A stretch of 53,565 nt of DNA, from positions 1-53,565 of IMG/VR virus record IMGVR_UViG_3300027728_001630, one strand, 5' to 3'. This document shows positions 39,701-45,700 of this stretch, piece by piece. Origin of the DNA: a virus (lineage: Duplodnaviria; Caudoviricetes). The notes beneath the pieces are model-generated. The model was not told the DNA's origin and did not search any database. It worked only from the letters and a program-made list of their open reading frames with translations. Position 1 is the first letter of the stretch. Each line of letters starts with the position of its first letter. Position numbers and translations under genes: made by a program.

Positions 39701-42700
39701 ATACGGTCGACACGATCCGGGAACGTGCTGCGACAGTCTCGCCATCGGCCAATATCCCCTATAGCCTTTTGTCTAACTATGCCTACCTAAAACGCCTTGA
39801 AGAACGCCGTAGCATGGCCGAATGGCAAGAAGCGTACGATCGCAACGTATTCTTCAGCGACACCCCACACGCCGAGTGGCAGGACTACATCACGCTGGGC
39901 CGTGCGATAGCCAACAAGTGGATGTCGGTCGGCAACAGGCCACGCCTGAGCGACCTCGTCTTGATGGGCGATGGGCTTGAGCCGAAGGCGCCGAAGAAGC
40001 GCAAGCGCGGCGCGCGCCCGGGCGAAGTCGGCGAGACCATGAAGTCCGGCTTCTACTGGCAGTCGGGCCGCCTGTTGAAAGAAATCCCCGACCCGATCTT
40101 TGAAATGGGCTGGATTGCCGTCAACAACTGGATGCGCCAAGCGGGTGTCTCCGTTGCAGAGACGACGTTCCTTGAGTTTCCCATGGTCGACACGCCGACC
40201 ACACGCGACGAGGTTGCCCGTCTGATCGCAAAGGGCATCTTTGACTTTAAGGTGCGGGTCAACCGGTGGAATCCGGAGCGACCGCGCACGGGTCGTGGGC
40301 ACGAGGACGGCTACGATTACGGCGGCACACGTGCGGCTGACGGGCCGCGCATTCCGGGCCGCGGCATCTATCTCGAAGACCGATTGCTGTTCCCGAAGCG
40401 GTTGCGCGGCGGCGCCGAGTTCTTCTTGGGCCAGTTCGACAGCTACCACTGGAACGAGGAAGGCACTTGGTCATCGCTCCGAGGATCGATCCGCGAAGTT
40501 CCTGGCTTCGGGCAGATGCTCGTGGACGAGAAAAGCCAGACCTTCTTTGAGCAAAGCGCCGCCGCCGAATTCAGCCCTGACCGTGCAAGTAAGTTCACGC
40601 CCGAAACGCCGATCGACGAAACCTACGTGCGCGTCATGGCGCGGCAGATCCTGCTGCGCGCGGTAAAGGAAAACGTCGACAGCATAGGCATCTCTACGAT
40701 CGAAACGACGGCGCGCATCCAGGCCAACGCCAGCGCATTGTTCTTCTACGGGCAGATCGTGCCGAGCTTGCAGAAAGAACTGCGCCGGATCTCTGGTGAT
40801 GGGTCGCTGACGCTACAGCAGATCGAATTGCCGAAGGCCATGGGTGCTCCAAAGCGCGAGAAGCCCTACACGGTCTGGGCGGTTCGTATCCCCGACAACG
40901 TCCGCCGCCAGATCAAGGCGAACGGCCTGCCAATGATGAATCTGGCGCCAACCCCGGCCGGCAATCAAAGGCTGACCGCACAAGCGCAGGCCAAATACCC
41001 AGCGATCGCGGCCGATCTTGAGCAGCGCTTGCGGCGGATGCTTCCCGCCGACGTTGCAGTCGAGTTCGCGCATCGCCTATTTGATAAGCGCGGTCGCGAG
41101 CGGTATGGCCAGTTCCGCCCTGACATCAAGCTGATCGAGGTCGCGCTATCTCGCGGTGCCGACCAAGCCATGATGTCGGGCGCGCACGAGGTGGTTCACG
41201 CCCTTCGTGAGGCTGACGCATTCACCGATGCCGAGTGGGCGTTGCTCGTCGAGCGGGCCCGCAAGGTTGGTGTCGAAACGGCCATGGACCGTGACGGCGT
41301 CACCGAAGCCTACCGTGATATGTTCAAGGCGCGCGCCCGCAAGATGGGCCTTGCCAAGCCAGATGCGGATGCCTTTGTCCAGCGAATGATGGACGAAGAG
41401 CTTGTTGCGCGGCTCGCCGAGCAATACTTCGGGCCGCAGAAGGCTCGCTTCGGCGCGACGATCGATGCGCTGCTGCAGCGGATCGGAGACATCCTCGACG
41501 CTATCGCAGCGGCATTCAACGGCCAAGGCTTCATGTCGGCGGATGCCGTATTCCGGCGGATGGAGCGCGGAGCGCTGGCGAAGCGTGTTCAGCCGACACG
41601 GCCGGGCCCGGCACGCTCGACGCTCAAGACGACCAATGCGGACGACGTGCGCGCTGTCAGCGATCTATGGAGCCAAGCGGCACTGGCTGATGGCGACAAC
41701 CTTTCCAGCATGGAGAAGGCCGAAAACATCGTCGAGGTGCAGGCGTTCCTGCGGTCGTTCAAGCCCGTGCGCCGACCGATCACGGCCAAGCTTGATGTTG
41801 TCGCCGCGAGCGGCGGATCGAACGTCACCTACTTTGTCGTGCCCAAGGGTCGAGACGCATACGACCGGGGTGGTTCCCGGCAAAGCGTTGCTGAGTTCAT
41901 CGTGAAGCCGGCCCGTCGCAAGGCGGTGCGTGGCGTCGAGGTCACGAATGCCAGCGTCACGGCCGACTATCAGCGTCAAGGCATCGCCACCGCCGTCTAC
42001 GACATGATCGCCGAGGATATGGCCTCCGTCGGCGGGCTGTCCCCTACCACGAGCGACAGTCTTGAGCCGGGCGGCAGGGCGTTCTGGTCTGCTCGCGATC
42101 CGAACCTTGAGCTCGACAGCGACGAAGACCGCCGGTTTGCGGCCATGATGTTCGACGCCATGCGTGGCGAGACATCGGCATCGCTCACGGCCCGTCCGAT
42201 CGTGATGTCGCAGAGCGTGGCCGAGGCTGCCGTCGATCTAGGTGCCGGTCGCCGCGTTGCATCCGACCCGCAGCAGATCAATCGTGTTCTGCGTCTTGCC
42301 GCGACGGAAATGAAGGTGGTGCCGGACAACGTCCAGATCGGGGCCGTCCAGCTTCTGACGCCGGTATTCTCGGACGGCAAATTCACCGGTCTGGTCGACG
42401 TGCGCGTCGCCGGGCCCGGCGGCAGATCAGCCGGGACGTTCCGTATTGCTTGGAACGTCATCAGAAATTCCAGCGCTGTCTACCACCGGCAGAGCCGGAC
42501 GATCCTGTTCAACACGATCCCGGGCGTGGTTGAGAACCAAGCTAAGGCCGTCCCCGGTGAGGTTTGGCATGAGTCCGTCCACAGCTTGTGGGACACCGCT
42601 ATTGTCGGCGAGGTCCGCGATCGGTTGCTTGGGCATGCGAAGCTCCTGAAGGTTTTGGACATCGATATCAGCACGTATTCGCAGGCGAAGGGTAGCACAA

Positions 42701-45700
42701 AGCGGCATGCGGCGGGTTCCGTCCTCGAAGCCTACGACGCGCACTATGCGGGCTTGTCGGACAAGGCCGACCGGATAGACCAGGAATATGTGGCGTTCAT
42801 GATGGAGCTCTACAAGGTCGGGTTCTTCACCCGCGCCGAGCTTGAGCCAGTCATTGATCTGGTCGACGCGTTTGAGCAAGGGCTTCTAACGGCACAAGGC
42901 GAGGCGGTGGAGCGCGACCAAGTCATGGCCGCGATCGTCGACGCTGACACCGGCCGTTCCATGCGCCGTGATCTGGATGCGCTCGGGTATTATTCTGGTG
43001 CGCTTGAAGCAGCCAAGGGCCTAAAGCAAGCCAAGGGCACGCCAGAGCAAATGCTGGCCCAGCTTAAAGCAGGCGGTGCCAAACAAAACGAGATTGAGGC
43101 GACAAACCTTGCGCAATTCCTCGACGGCAAGAAGTCCGTCACCCGTGACGAGATCGTCAATCACCTGACTCAGAATAGGGTCGGGGTGAAGGAGGTTGTT
43201 AACAAGCGCGGAGAAACGCCGTCCGGTGCCCGTGGCTTTCGCGACGATACCGGAAACACATTCGACAAGGATCAAACCGGCTTCACGCTGTTTCCATTGA
43301 CCGAGAAGGTCAAGGCGTCGGTGCGTGACGATGGCCTGCCCATGTTCGCGCTCGCGGGCAATGGCGACCAGAACGCCGAACAGCCCGACATGACGCCGAC
43401 AACCCGTCCATTCGCAATGGAAGGATACGAGGGCAGCGTCACCACGACACCCAAGCAGGACGGGCTTCGCACGCGCGTCTACACCGTGTCGACTGATGGT
43501 CAGATGCAGGCACGCATCGCGCTATCCGAGCGCGAGCCGAACCTGTGGGAGATCATCGGCGTTCGTCTCGACAAGGCCCAGCACGGCAAGGGGCTCGCTC
43601 TGCGGGCTATCGAAGCCATTGAGCGCGACGCCGGCGCGCAGGTGTCGGCTGACGGTATCATCACGCCAGAGACATACCAGCAGATCGCGGCTGTGGCGCC
43701 GGATTCGGTGCGGTTCCATGTCCGGACCGGTGCCGCGTTCGACGGTCTCTACATGCCCCATCGTGCAATCGAGATGATGCGAAATGCGGCGGCAGATGCT
43801 GCCGTGGCATCACCAACCGATGACGCTGCTCGAGATCGTGAAGCGCTTCGTGGATCGGAAGCCACCGTTCCGGATGACGCCTACCGGGTTGATCGGATCA
43901 TCGCCGGTATGGAACGCCAAGGCCTCGACATGAGTCCAGGAGCTCGCAAGGCGCGGGCCGAAGAGATGGGGTTTGATACTGCTACAACTTGGTATCATGG
44001 TACGGCTGCAAAGTTCGATGCCTTTGACCCTGCTATCGGATCGACGCCCGGCATTTGGATGACCTTAAACAAAAAGGCCGCAAGCGGCTTTGGTGATGTA
44101 GGGTCGTATTTTATCAAGGCCCAAAAGTTTGGCTCTATGCAAGACTTCATGGCTGCGCGCGTGGGAGTTGCCAAGACCGGACTTGAGCCGGGGTCGCGCG
44201 AATTTTCGCAAGCAGTGGTTGACCGGCTTGTCTCCCAAGGTTTTGACGGCATCCGCGATGCGAAGTTTAAAGGCGCTGGCGGGGTTGGCGAAGACGTCGT
44301 TATGATGTTGCGGCCTGAAAACATCCGCTCCGTCAACGCTGACTTCGACCCGAACGAGACCGACAGCGACAACATCCTGGCGGCGCTCGCCCCGATCCAG
44401 CAGCCGCCCGTCCCTCGCCCCCGGCCGCCACAACTCCCACAACTCGGCGACACCACAAAGTCAGACACCCAAGCACCAGAGCAAGGGCTGTCCGACCTGA
44501 TCGCCATGCTCAAGGAAGCCATCGGCATCGAAGAGCGCCGCGGCCGCCTCAACCCAGGCCTCAAGGCCGCCATGGGCCGGCTCGGGGCCAAGCTATACGG
44601 CCAGTTCTCGCGCCGCACCGGTATCGTTCGCACGGCCATACCGAACGACATCCAGACGCTTGCCCATCAAGGCGGTCACGCGCTCGAGACCAACGCCGAA
44701 CTCGCGCCCTACATCGAAGCGTTGAAGCAGGTTCACTTCGCCGAACTTGTCCCGCTCGCAACCCCTGGCAACGATCAACTCTCCGAGGGCTGGGCAGAGT
44801 TCTTCCGGCTCTATGTGATCGACCCGACGACAGCGCGGACCATGGCACCCGGCATCACGCGGGAATTCCGTAACATGCTGGAGAAGAACCGCCCAGAAAT
44901 GCTGACCGCGCTCGATGCCGTGCAGGTCGGATACGCTGCGCTCCAGGCGGCGTCACCCGCTGGCGTGGTCAAATCTCGCGTGCAATCGACCGTTCGCCCG
45001 ACGACCAAGATCGGCAAGGCGGCGGAAGAGATCAGAGAAAAGGGCTTCCGGGGTGCAACCAGCGACTGGCTGTACCAGGCGACGACCGGGCTGCTCGACG
45101 ATAAAAACCCGCTCAAGGTGGCGGTTAAGTTCCTCATTGAGGAGGCAACTCGCAACCTCGGCAGCCAGATCAAGGCCGGCGAGCAGGTCGTTATCAAGGC
45201 GCTGAACGACCCCTACAAGCTCGCTCGGATGATGGAGCACGCCCGTGTGCATGCGACCGCGATCCTGCGGCGTGGTGTGGTCGGCAAGGGTCGGACGCTG
45301 CCGAGAGGACCATCCATGCAGGATGTCCTCACCGAAGCTTTCGGCGGCGCGGGCAACGCCCAATGGAACGAGGATATGGCCCAGACGTTCGGGGCGTTCC
45401 TCGTCTCCCGCCGTATGAACGCCGAGTGGGACCGCTTCGACAACGGCTTCTTGGACGCTCCGCCCGACCACCTCATCAGCCGGCAGGCATGGGCAAATGC
45501 GCAGAATGACCTTGAGAAAGCCTACCCGCAGTTCCGCAAGGCGGCGCGGATGCTCGACCAGTTCAATGCCAACCTGCTCGAGCTGAAGTTCCAGAACGGG
45601 TTCCTGACGCAGGACCAATACGACGACTTCCGGTTCCGCGACGGGTACGTGCCGCTGCAGCGCATCATGGATCAAGACGGACCGTCGTCGCTGAACGCCA

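Noticed and set aside
43784-43933. +1-frame short ORF (...MTLLEIVKRFVDRKPPFR...) with some GC3 shift
   Set aside because: No convincing RBS and the host frame looks like a plausible helix; too weak to call
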